Source: Chlamydiota bacterium (GTDB lineage Bacteria; Chlamydiota; Chlamydiia; Chlamydiales; SM23-39). From it: DNA of 25,800 bases. This document shows positions 1 through 8,677 of this stretch, piece after piece. The position numbers were made by a program, and so were the translations under genes. Where the stretch lies: NCBI GenBank assembly GCA_039179045.1, contig JBCDEZ010000018.1, positions 1-25,800 on the forward strand, given 5' to 3'. Numbering within the stretch: the stretch's first letter is position 1; every line of letters begins with the position of its first letter. The notes beneath the pieces were generated by a model. That model had not been told where the DNA came from, searched no databases, and saw only the letters and a list, made by a program, of their open reading frames with translations.

Positions 1-324
1 CTCGGATTTTCCTTTCGCTTCGCTGGCTGAGATAAGCAGGCCTTGTCTATAAAAAAAGTGAGACTCCCTCTTTTTACCAATTCTCGGTTCACTCTTTTCC
101 AATCACATTTTCGCAGCAGAAGCTCCTTAGATTTTTTATAGATAAGGAGCCTCGCTTGTTTATGGGCTTTTTATCAAGTTTTTTAATAGAGATTTTTTCA
201 ACAACGCCCACGCCAATACCCCCGAGAAAATTGGTTGCAATACTTTTGGAATTTTTTAGAAAAACCTGTTCGAAAAACTGGCAAAATAGTAAAATATTTT
301 CAATTTGCATTATATTGAGTAAGT

Positions 325-1236
325 ATGAATAAATATGCTATTTTCATTAAACCGATAGACGATCCAGGGCTTCCCGGCCGCTCTCCTGATTATAATATGA
401 ATCAGACTATGGATAATTCTCTTCTGATAGTAGCCGATAGTGAGGAATGCCTTTCCTCTGTTTTAGGGGAGGGAGGTTACTTTGGAGGTAGAAGATATTC
501 TATACTAGAATCACTCTTTTTTCCTGTTTATTGGCAATTTATTTCGCCAAAGCATATCAGTTCCTACAAAGACAGAGTATTCTTAGGAATACTGGGTCCT
601 TTCTCACTCGCTCTGTTAAACCTCTGCATAGACGACCCTTTTTACTTGCGCGATTTCCAACTTCTCGATGGGACAGACGTTATCCAATTTCTTCGTAGTC
701 GGTATCTACGCTTTCCCCTCTTCTGTCTCCTTGTTTATCCCGTTGTTTGGCTGGATACGCTAACTGTTATTCCTCGTTTGGCTATCGCTTGCGCTCAAGG
801 GGCTCTCTACCTTCTCTGCTACTACCTGGGTTGGGAATCGGCTCTTTACCACTCAGCATATGAAAAGCTCAAAGAGCGCATTGTATGCTCGGAAGAGCAA
901 AAACAAGACAAGCTCGCTCTTTTGCAAAAGGTATTCGAAAGTCAAGCATTTTTGGCTATGCATTTGCGTGTATCGATAGAAAATAACAATCCCCAAGGCC
1001 ACCTCATCCATCTTATAGATGACGAAGACAACACAAAGATCATCCGTCCTGGAGCCTACTGCCGCGCTTTATACGGCTCAGCTTGGCAAAAGAAACACGC
1101 TTACGCCCTGGGAAATATTGTTGAAAGTGATCTATTTGATAACATTGCTTATGCTGTTAGGGACGGAATATCGCATAATGGATACGTGTTCACAGAGATT
1201 GCAGACTTTAAAGGAGCCCCTTTCACACTTGCATGA
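325..1236 (+). CDS. Hypothetical membrane protein (303 aa), orphan; possible secreted or inclusion-membrane protein
   Basis: Long ATG-started ORF after an AT-rich upstream region. Hydrophobic segments VFLGILGPFSLALLNLCI and FPLFCLLVYPVVWLDTLTVIPRLAIACAQGALYLLCYYLGW, followed by a charged helix (EKLKERIVCSEEQKQDKLALLQK). No recognisable family motif. Confidence 0.7.
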   Translation: MNKYAIFIKPIDDPGLPGRSPDYNMNQTMDNSLLIVADSEECLSSVLGEGGYFGGRRYSILESLFFPVYWQFISPKHISSYKDRVFLGILGPFSLALLNLCIDDPFYLRDFQLLDGTDVIQFLRSRYLRFPLFCLLVYPVVWLDTLTVIPRLAIACAQGALYLLCYYLGWESALYHSAYEKLKERIVCSEEQKQDKLALLQKVFESQAFLAMHLRVSIENNNPQGHLIHLIDDEDNTKIIRPGAYCRALYGSAWQKKHAYALGNIVESDLFDNIAYAVRDGISHNGYVFTEIADFKGAPFTLA

Positions 1237-1597
1237 AATGGAATTTCAGAGGCAGTAAAAACACTTAGAGTTCCCCTTCTTTTGTTTTGAAGGGCGCTGT
1301 TCGATGAGAAGAGCGATTAGTACAGCGGTTTCTTGCCTTGAACTTGGAGGCTTTCCGCAGAAAAAAGAGACATACCGATCTTGAGTGAAGAATTGTGTAA
1401 GGAAATTCTCCAGAAACAAAAAGGGGAGAGTTTATTCCCGCCCAATCCAGAACTTTTCCAGCAACTGAAGAAACGAATCACAAACAGCTCCCACTTCTAT
1501 TTTTTTCCTTAGCCCAATTCCTCAAATGAAATGGGTGTAGTTGCGGGCCTCTTGTCTCTGGCTTTCGAGGCTAACGTGGAAAAGGCACGCAAAGCCC

Positions 1598-4153
1598 CTA
1601 ACTCATGCCCAGTATTTGCTGTAGATTTTGAAGAGCCCGGTACACCTCCGTAGGAGTCATTGAAGAGAGGTTTATTTTACCCAGCTCTTGGATGCAAGCA
1701 ATTTTTTGCGCGGGGGTATGCTGCTCTTTGGAAGCGGCTGCTAGCTGCTCGCCTCGCTTTTCTAGCTGAGCGAGAATGCGCTCTGCTCGATTCAGACAAG
1801 CCTTGGGCATTCCTGCGAGGTGAGCTACATGCAGCGCATAGCTCTTAGGAGCGGTACCGGGAAGAATCTCGTGTAAAAAGACAATACCGCATCCGTATGC
1901 ATCTTCCCCTTCTTGCACAGCAACGCGGAAGTTTTTGACTCCCTCAATCTCCCCTTCCAGCTTCGTCAGCTCTTTGTAGTGCGTCGCGAAAAGAGTCTTT
2001 GCACCCATTTGCGCCAGAAACTCAGCAACAGCTCCAGCAATCGAAATTCCGTCGTAAGTACTCGTTCCTCTGCCAATCTCATCGAGCAGAACAAGGGAGC
2101 TACTCGTTGCTTTATGCAAAATCGCTGCTGTTTCTTCCATTTCGAGCATGAAAGTCGATTTGCCCGCTGCGATGTTATCAGCAGCGCCAATCCGAGAAAA
2201 GATTTGGTCGAAGGGACGCAAAATGAGAGATTCTGCCGGAACAAATGAGCCTGCTTGGGCCATGATGGCCAAAAGCGCGCACTGGCGGATGTAGGTCGAT
2301 TTGCCCGACATATTGGGGCCTGTAATTAGGTGTACTCTCGCCTCAGGAGTGAACTCTGTATCGTTTGGAATGAACTCGGCAAATGCAAGGGCTCTTTCGA
2401 TGATGGCATGCCTTCCTTTGCGCACGGAGAAACGGTCCTCCGGCACAATCTCAGGGCGGACATAACCGTGGGTCATTGCAGTCTCCGCAAAAGAAGCGAG
2501 TACATCGATCAAAGAGAGCGCTTTTGCGAGAGAAAGGAGGGGGGCAATATGGGGACGCATCTGCTCTTTTGCTTGCGTGAATAGCATTTTCTCAAGAGCT
2601 TTGATCCGGTCTTCCGCACTAAGAATCTTGTACTCAAATTCTTTGAGATCGTCCGACAAAAACCGCTCTGCATTGGTCAGTGTCTGTTTTCGAACAAACG
2701 TAGCAGGCATCTTCGCTGCTTGTCCTCGGCTCACCTCGATATAGTAACCAAAAGCTTTGGTATACCCTACTTTTAGCGTTTTGATTCCCAGCTCATCGCG
2801 CAGCGTGTTCTGGTAGTTGGCAATCCAGTCTTTGCTGGCTCCGCTGATCTGCTGCAGCTCATCGAGAGTTTGATCGTATCCTGGCCGAAAGCAAGGCCCC
2901 TCATGCAACTTGTGAGGAGGCTCTTCTACGAAAATGGCTCCAATCATCTCCACGACAGGCAACGATTGGCAAAGTAGCGGGCAGTTTTTGGCTAAAAGCG
3001 CCGATTGAAACGGGGGCAAAGATCCCACCTCATGCGCAAGAAGAAGAGAGCGTCGCAAAGAGGAGAAGTCTTGGGGAGAACACTGCCCATTGGCGATCCG
3101 CATCAACAGCCTTTCGAGATCACGAATCCCTCCGAGCATCTCCACTAGATTCGATAGGATACTTTGCTTTTCAATGAGCTCTTGGACAGCGTCGAGACGC
3201 TCGTCAATTTGTTTTTGAGAGATCAAGGGCTTTTTTACCCAGTGGCGCAAGAGGCGCGCTCCCATCGGGGTGCGTGTAGTATCCATCGTTTCGATGAGCG
3301 AATATTTGTGCTCTTTACAAGGAAGAATATTCAGGTTAGCAAGGCAAGTTTTATCGATGGACAGGAATGAGCAAATGTCCTCTTTTTCCACCTTCTGGAT
3401 ATGGGAAAGATCCATATAAAGGTGTTCTTTGAGGTGATGGATCAAAGCACCAACAGCCACGATCTCTGCACGAGAAGCGTGGGGACCAATGCAATCTACA
3501 GCATGCTTGCGGAAATGATTCTCTAAAAAGGTTTGGCAAGCAGAAGGGTAAAAAATGTGACTTTTTTGCTCGTTCAATAAGAAGGGAAATTCGAGGGAGA
3601 TCTCTTTCAACCAGCGGCGGTGCTTTTTGGCAAACTCTTCTGAAAGGAGGATTTCGACAGGCCTGAGGCGACAGATCTCACTGACGAAGTCGCGCAGATC
3701 CTTTGTAGAAAAAAGACGCAACTCAGCTGTACTCACATCGATTACTCCGATGGCGTATTCCTCGCTGTCTTCGATGAGGCTTACAAGGAAGTTGTTGCTT
3801 TGCGCAGAGAGTAGGCGCGATTGTACTACGGCGCCTGGAGAAAAAAATCGGACAATTTTTCTTGCAACAAGTCCTTTGGACTCTGCTGGACTTTCCATCT
3901 GCTCTGCCACAGCGATCTTGTGTCCTTGAGCCAACAGCTTATCAATATACTGCTCTGCTGCATGTGCAGGGACGCCGCACATGGGAATGGATTGACGCTG
4001 AGTCAAGGTGAGACCAAGATCTGTAGCCATCGTCTTGGCATCTTCGTAAAATGCCTCGTAAAAATCGCCAAGACGGAAAAAAACAAGCGCATCTCCCGCT
4101 TCTTGCTTGCACCGATCCCACTGTTGCATCATGGGTGTTTTTTCCTTACTCAT
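1598..4153 (-). CDS. mutS: DNA mismatch repair protein MutS (MutS1)
   Basis: N-terminal TPMMQQW and the mismatch-binding motif FFRLGDFYEAF; Walker A ITGPNMSGKSTY; STFMLEM; Walker B LVLLDEIGRGTST; FATHY; SYALHVAHLAGMP; 851 aa. Confidence 0.98.
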   Translation of the reverse strand: MSKEKTPMMQQWDRCKQEAGDALVFFRLGDFYEAFYEDAKTMATDLGLTLTQRQSIPMCGVPAHAAEQYIDKLLAQGHKIAVAEQMESPAESKGLVARKIVRFFSPGAVVQSRLLSAQSNNFLVSLIEDSEEYAIGVIDVSTAELRLFSTKDLRDFVSEICRLRPVEILLSEEFAKKHRRWLKEISLEFPFLLNEQKSHIFYPSACQTFLENHFRKHAVDCIGPHASRAEIVAVGALIHHLKEHLYMDLSHIQKVEKEDICSFLSIDKTCLANLNILPCKEHKYSLIETMDTTRTPMGARLLRHWVKKPLISQKQIDERLDAVQELIEKQSILSNLVEMLGGIRDLERLLMRIANGQCSPQDFSSLRRSLLLAHEVGSLPPFQSALLAKNCPLLCQSLPVVEMIGAIFVEEPPHKLHEGPCFRPGYDQTLDELQQISGASKDWIANYQNTLRDELGIKTLKVGYTKAFGYYIEVSRGQAAKMPATFVRKQTLTNAERFLSDDLKEFEYKILSAEDRIKALEKMLFTQAKEQMRPHIAPLLSLAKALSLIDVLASFAETAMTHGYVRPEIVPEDRFSVRKGRHAIIERALAFAEFIPNDTEFTPEARVHLITGPNMSGKSTYIRQCALLAIMAQAGSFVPAESLILRPFDQIFSRIGAADNIAAGKSTFMLEMEETAAILHKATSSSLVLLDEIGRGTSTYDGISIAGAVAEFLAQMGAKTLFATHYKELTKLEGEIEGVKNFRVAVQEGEDAYGCGIVFLHEILPGTAPKSYALHVAHLAGMPKACLNRAERILAQLEKRGEQLAAASKEQHTPAQKIACIQELGKINLSSMTPTEVYRALQNLQQILGMS

Positions 4154-4253
4154 GCACTAATTTTGGCAAATTCTATGCGAAATTCTCAAGGAAAAAGATC
4201 GCTATTGCGAGGAAACAGAGCCGCGAAAATTTATCCTCTCTTTTTTCTCGATC

Positions 4254-4262
4254 TGCTAAAAT
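4254..4262 (+). promoter_or_regulatory. Putative extended -10 promoter element (TGcTAAAAT) for dnaG
   Basis: TG-N-TAAAAT ends 54 nt upstream of the dnaG ATG in the divergent mutS/dnaG spacer; no good -35 element. Confidence 0.35.
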
Positions 4263-4316
4263 GCGTGCAAGACTCTCCACTTAGAAGAACGGGGAAAAAA
4301 TCAGTTTTACGGGGCT

Positions 4317-6083
4317 ATGGCAAAATTTTCCCAAGAAAGCTTGGAACTACTCCGAGAAAAGATCGATCTATTCACGGTTCTCTCTTCTCACCTCTCATTC
4401 AAGAAACAAGGGGGGAAGTACGTCGCTCTTTGCCCGTTTCACGAAGAGAGAACTCCCTCTTTTATGCTCCGTCAAGGAGAAAGCCATTACCACTGTTTTG
4501 GATGTGGCGCTCATGGAGATGCAATCCAATTCCTGATGCAATTTCTCCGCTTGAGCTTTGCAGAAGCGGTCGAGACCCTCGCAGAAATCTTCCAAGTTTC
4601 CATGGAAAAAAGAGAAACAACTGAACGCAAAGGCCCAGGTAGAGCTCGCTTGAAAGATACTCTCGACAGCGCTGCCCGCTTTTATCAATACTACCTTTTG
4701 CATGCACCCGAAGGACGAAAGGCGCTTACCTACCTTTATGACAGAGGCATCGATTTGAAGTTCATCCAGGCTTTTCGTTTGGGCTGCTCTCCCGAACGTT
4801 CGGGCGTTTTTGCAAAGTACATGCAAGCGAAAAATATCTCGCAAGAATGCTTGATGCAAACGGGCATGCTCCGAAATAAAGGTACGAGGAACTACGATAC
4901 CTTCTCGCATAGAATTATGATTCCGATCTTGGATCGGAGTGGCGCTGTTATTGGTTTTAGTGCGCGCAAATTTTCCGATAGGATTACTGGAGCAAAGTAC
5001 ATCAACACACAAGAGACACCTCTATTCAAAAAATCGCAGGTCCTCTTCGGCCTTGGTTGGGCGCGCAAAGCAATCATCCAGACACGCTCTGTTTTGATTG
5101 TAGAAGGGCAGTTCGATGCACTTCGGCTACTCTATTCGGGATTCGACAATGCTGTTGCCTCACAAGGAACTGCGTTTACGCAAGAACAGGTACGCATTCT
5201 CATTTCTTTAGGCGTAGAAACAGTTTTCCTCGCTTTCGATGCGGACAAAGCGGGGCAAAATTCGACACAAAAAGTAGGATGCTCCCTACAAAAAGAGGGG
5301 ATCGATGTATTTGTCGTGGATCTCCCTTTGGGAGAAGATCCCGACAGTCTACTTCAAGAACAAGGACCGGATCATTGGAAATCCTTGATCGAAAAAGCGC
5401 GGGATTACCTTACCTTTTTGTATGAAAAAAAAGAGCAAGAAGTACCGATTCTCTCACCTGCGAGCAAAACAAAAATCGTGACAGAGATTGCCGATATGAT
5501 CCGTTCTTGGGACTCTCCTTTGCTCGTGCATGAAAGCTTGCGACGTCTCTCCCAATTAGCTAGCGTGCCCGAATGGACCCTTTGCAGCAAAGAACCGGGT
5601 CGCTCGCAGGCCTCTTTACCTAAAACTCTAGACAAGTCCCCTCTCGATCCTAATCAGGTTCTAGAAGCAGACTTCTTGCGCCCCCTATTTTTACTAGGCT
5701 CTTCTGAACCTGACTGGCTGCGGATTGCAGAGAGGAACCTTGCCCCGGAACAGCTCAGTCACCCGAGCGCACAGCGCCTCTATGCTCTATGCAAAGAGGA
5801 ACTTCGTAAAAACTTTCCCTTGGAGCTCTTAGCCATTCACTCAAAAATCAGAGAAGAAGACCGTAACTTTTGGGATCACCTCTTGGAAAAAAGGATCGAT
5901 CCAGAAAAAGCCTTTTCTCATTTTTTAGAATCGATCCAAAAAATCTTAGAAAGAAGGTGGATGGAACAAAGAGAGGAGATCAAAAACAAGATCATGAAAG
6001 CACAATTTGAAGAGGACGAGGCGCTCGCGCTTGCTAAACAATTCGATGACCTCAAAAAAGCCCCTCCCAAAGTCCTTACCTAG
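4317..6083 (+). CDS. dnaG: DNA primase
   Basis: CHC2 zinc finger CPFHEERTPSF...CFGCG; FSHRIMIPI, GFSAR, KYINTQET; TOPRIM motifs VEGQFD and FDAD; DPD; 588 aa. Confidence 0.98.
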   Translation: MAKFSQESLELLREKIDLFTVLSSHLSFKKQGGKYVALCPFHEERTPSFMLRQGESHYHCFGCGAHGDAIQFLMQFLRLSFAEAVETLAEIFQVSMEKRETTERKGPGRARLKDTLDSAARFYQYYLLHAPEGRKALTYLYDRGIDLKFIQAFRLGCSPERSGVFAKYMQAKNISQECLMQTGMLRNKGTRNYDTFSHRIMIPILDRSGAVIGFSARKFSDRITGAKYINTQETPLFKKSQVLFGLGWARKAIIQTRSVLIVEGQFDALRLLYSGFDNAVASQGTAFTQEQVRILISLGVETVFLAFDADKAGQNSTQKVGCSLQKEGIDVFVVDLPLGEDPDSLLQEQGPDHWKSLIEKARDYLTFLYEKKEQEVPILSPASKTKIVTEIADMIRSWDSPLLVHESLRRLSQLASVPEWTLCSKEPGRSQASLPKTLDKSPLDPNQVLEADFLRPLFLLGSSEPDWLRIAERNLAPEQLSHPSAQRLYALCKEELRKNFPLELLAIHSKIREEDRNFWDHLLEKRIDPEKAFSHFLESIQKILERRWMEQREEIKNKIMKAQFEEDEALALAKQFDDLKKAPPKVLT

Positions 6084-6474
6084 TTACGTACTCTTGTTCG
6101 ACGATACGTGCTCCTTTTGCCAACGTTGTGTACGAAAAATTTTGCAGCGAGACAAAGAAAGGCACCTTGTCTGCCTTCCACTAAAGACGCCCCAAGCAAC
6201 TTCTCTTTTAAAGAGATTTCCCAAACTCATCGGGCAAGACTCCCTTGTCCTGATTTCGCTCAGGCAATCTACTCAAAAAGCTTGGATCCGGTTTGCAGCT
6301 CTGAAAAAAATTGTCTCTATTTTGCACAAGCCTGGGATGCTCTTTTGGTTGCAGAAGATTCCCCTTCCCCTCGGCAACCACCTCTATTCTGTAATAGCTC
6401 GTTTACGCAAGAATATTCCTACATCTCCCGTTCATCTCCGCAATGAGTTTTCAGACCGATTTTTTGACTCTTAA
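6046..6474 (+). CDS. DCC1-like thiol-disulfide oxidoreductase (DUF393 family)
   Basis: N-terminal LLFDDTCSFCQRCV (DxxCxxC) and C-terminal LYSVIARLR, both typical of DUF393. ATG at 6046 chosen (38-nt overlap with dnaG); the ORF track starts at TTG 6007. Confidence 0.85.
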   Translation: MTSKKPLPKSLPSYVLLFDDTCSFCQRCVRKILQRDKERHLVCLPLKTPQATSLLKRFPKLIGQDSLVLISLRQSTQKAWIRFAALKKIVSILHKPGMLFWLQKIPLPLGNHLYSVIARLRKNIPTSPVHLRNEFSDRFFDS

Positions 6475-6538
6475 ATGTTTCATTATCAAATTGTTATAAA
6501 AAAAATCACTGTTCTGTAAAAGAAACACGAATAACTAA

Positions 6539-6568
6539 TTGAAATGAATGGATTAAAAGGTTTATAAT
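6539..6568 (+). promoter_or_regulatory. Putative sigma70/sigma66 promoter for the 6600 ORF
   Basis: TTGAAA (6539-6544), 18-nt spacer, TATAAT (6563-6568), in an AT-rich spacer 31 nt before the ATG. Confidence 0.55.
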
Positions 6569-6599
6569 TATTTCTATAAATAAAATATCGAAGGCAGTT

Positions 6600-7175
6600 A
6601 TGCGTACTTTCAATACTTATGGACTTTTCTCTATTAATGAATACTCGTTCAACAAACAATATGCGGTTTTAGAGGGGTATGATGAAAAACAGCGCAATCA
6701 ATTTGTCACCGCTCTTCGCATCTTCAATCTATCTTTCAATATCTTGGGGTACATCCCTCTTGTATCTTCGTTTTCAGGAGCATGTAGAATAGGTGTAGGT
6801 CTCTCCTTCGTCTGCCAAGGTCTTTACTATAGAGGCATTGGTAAAGGCGAATATCTCCTGGAAGATTCAACTTTCTCGGAGGGCGATGAGCTATGCCCGA
6901 GTCCCGACAACAAATGTAGTCCAGCGCCCACCCTACAAATTCACCACAAAGAGGCCATTTCCACGGGAATCTCGCATATTGCTAGGGGAATCTTGGAAAT
7001 ACTTCCCTTAGGAAAGTTCGTGAATGGCGGTTTGGATTGCGCAGCTACTTATCTGAATTTGTTCTATCCAAAATCCCCCATACGAGAATTAGAAGAAAAT
7101 AGTGCAGGCCTTGGAGATGCCAGGTTCGAGGAGCCTAAGTATTGGGTCTTGGTTGGTTTTTTGACGTTTGTCTGA
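6600..7175 (+). CDS. Hypothetical membrane-associated protein (191 aa)
   Basis: ATG ORF with a near-consensus promoter upstream. Gly-rich hydrophobic segments NILGYIPLVSSFSGACRIGVGLSFV and ISTGISHIARGILEILPLGKFV, and a hydrophobic C-terminus YWVLVGFLTFV. Confidence 0.75.
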   Translation: MRTFNTYGLFSINEYSFNKQYAVLEGYDEKQRNQFVTALRIFNLSFNILGYIPLVSSFSGACRIGVGLSFVCQGLYYRGIGKGEYLLEDSTFSEGDELCPSPDNKCSPAPTLQIHHKEAISTGISHIARGILEILPLGKFVNGGLDCAATYLNLFYPKSPIRELEENSAGLGDARFEEPKYWVLVGFLTFV

Positions 7176-7214
7176 ACCTCTTGCAGGCGCAAGGTTGCCG
7201 AGAGAGACCTTGAA

Positions 7215-8597
7215 CTAGCTGAAAAAGCCTCGGAGCGTATCCAGAAGAATCGACAAAGGCACTCTTTCTTGGAGCATGCTGTCTCGCGAGCGCACTGTCA
7301 CGCAATTGTCGTCTAATGAATCGTAATCGATTGTGACGCAGTAAGGAGTTCCCAATTCATCTTGTCTACGATAGCGTTTCCCAATCGCTCCTGTCTCGTC
7401 ATATTCAGCGGGAAAAGCGTGTTGGATTTTGTGGAAGACCTCTTCTGCCTTTGCCTTGAGCTCTCCTTTCTTCATTAGAGGGAAAACAGCTACTTTTACA
7501 GGGGCAATTTTCGGGTCCAAGTGCAGCACGGTTCGTACATCTCCGTTAGGGAGGCGCTCCTCTTCGTACGCATCGCACAAAAGCGCTAAAACAGTGCGAT
7601 CGAGTCCGAAAGTAGGTTCCACCACGTGGGGCAAAAAGGTCTCGCCCGTTTTGGAGTCTCGGTACGAAAGCTTAACGTGTGCTTGTCTCTCGTGCTGCAG
7701 CAAATCGAAATCTCCTCGGTAAGCGAGCCCGTAGAGCTCACCGGATCCAAATGGAAACTGGTAGACAATATCGGTCGTTTTTTTCGCATAATGGGACAGC
7801 TCTTCTTCTTTATGCTCGACGCACTGCAAATGCTCTTGCCGCAGGCCAATCATACGACACCACAGCATCATCGTCTCGAGCCAGGTAGAAAAAGCGCTTT
7901 GCCCTTGATCGGGAGAAATGAAATATTCGATCTCCATCTGCTCGAACTCGACTGTGCGGAAGGTAAAATTGCCCGGAGTGATCTCATTGCGAAATGCTTT
8001 CCCGATCTGCGCAATACCAAAAGGTATCTTCACTCTTGTTGTGTCGAGCACTTGCTTGTAATCGAGAAAAATCGCCTGCGCTGTTTCAGGTCTCAAGTAG
8101 GCTAAGGAATTGTTGGTATCTTCCGTTTTGCTCATCTGCGTTGCGAACATCAAATTGAAATGTCTCGCCTTAGTAAAATCAGAAGCGCCGCATTTTGGAC
8201 AAGTGACCTTCTCTTGCACTATATTCGTGAGCTCTTCTAATCCCGCGTTTTCTAAAGTGATGCCTAACGCCTCTTCAATCAGATGGTCTGCACGGAATCG
8301 GGCTTTGCAAGCGCGGCAATCAACGAGAGCATCGTTGAAGTGGTCGAGATGACCCGAAGCCTCCCAAGCCTTGGGATGCAGAAGGATCGGACCGTCCAAA
8401 CCGACAATATCTGCCCTTTGCTCTACAAACGTTTTCCACCAAAGGTTGCGGATATTCATCTTCAAAAGAGAGCCGTAAGGGCCATACGAGTAAGTATTGG
8501 CAAAACCACCATAGATCTCAGAGCCGGGATAGATGAAGCCCCTGCGCTTTGCAAGGGAGATAATGGGTTTGAGTGAAGTAAGTGTTGATCGATCCAT
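7215..8597 (-). CDS. glyQS: Glycine--tRNA ligase, homodimeric alpha2 (Thermus/archaeal-eukaryotic-like) type
   Basis: SLAKRRGFIYPGSEIYGG; WEASGHL; Cys insertion CRAC...CPKC; YLRPETAQAIF; motif 2 AQIGKAFRNEITPGNFTFRTVEFEQMEIEYF; motif 3 PHVVEPTFGLDR; anticodon-binding domain IGKRYRRQDELGTPYCVTID; 460 aa. Confidence 0.97.
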   Translation of the reverse strand: MDRSTLTSLKPIISLAKRRGFIYPGSEIYGGFANTYSYGPYGSLLKMNIRNLWWKTFVEQRADIVGLDGPILLHPKAWEASGHLDHFNDALVDCRACKARFRADHLIEEALGITLENAGLEELTNIVQEKVTCPKCGASDFTKARHFNLMFATQMSKTEDTNNSLAYLRPETAQAIFLDYKQVLDTTRVKIPFGIAQIGKAFRNEITPGNFTFRTVEFEQMEIEYFISPDQGQSAFSTWLETMMLWCRMIGLRQEHLQCVEHKEEELSHYAKKTTDIVYQFPFGSGELYGLAYRGDFDLLQHERQAHVKLSYRDSKTGETFLPHVVEPTFGLDRTVLALLCDAYEEERLPNGDVRTVLHLDPKIAPVKVAVFPLMKKGELKAKAEEVFHKIQHAFPAEYDETGAIGKRYRRQDELGTPYCVTIDYDSLDDNCVTVRSRDSMLQERVPLSILLDTLRGFFS

Positions 8598-8648
8598 AAA
8601 CTATGTATCTTAATCGTTTTACATGCACTTTTCTAGGTTTTTCCCCCT

Positions 8649-8677
8649 ATCGTAGGATAAAATCAGCAGGGGGACAA
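8649..8677 (-). promoter_or_regulatory. Putative sigma70/sigma66 promoter for the GlyRS gene
   Basis: Minus strand reads TTGTCC (8677-8672), 17-nt spacer, TACGAT (8654-8649), 51 nt upstream of the ATG. Confidence 0.55.

Noticed and set aside
89..310. 73-aa minus-strand ORF, and the many other 60-200 aa ORFs overlapping identified genes
   Set aside because: No motifs; they lie in AT-rich promoter DNA or are antisense/alternate-frame shadows of well-supported genes.
1444..1509. Short matches to the 8857-8947 spacer (TCTATTTTTT(T)CCT, CAATCCAGA) as inversion-breakpoint repeats
   Set aside because: Short, low-complexity and in direct rather than inverted orientation.
3821..4624. 267-aa plus-strand ORF spanning the mutS start, the spacer and the dnaG start
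   Set aside because: Antisense to mutS and out of frame within dnaG, with no motif; a shadow ORF.
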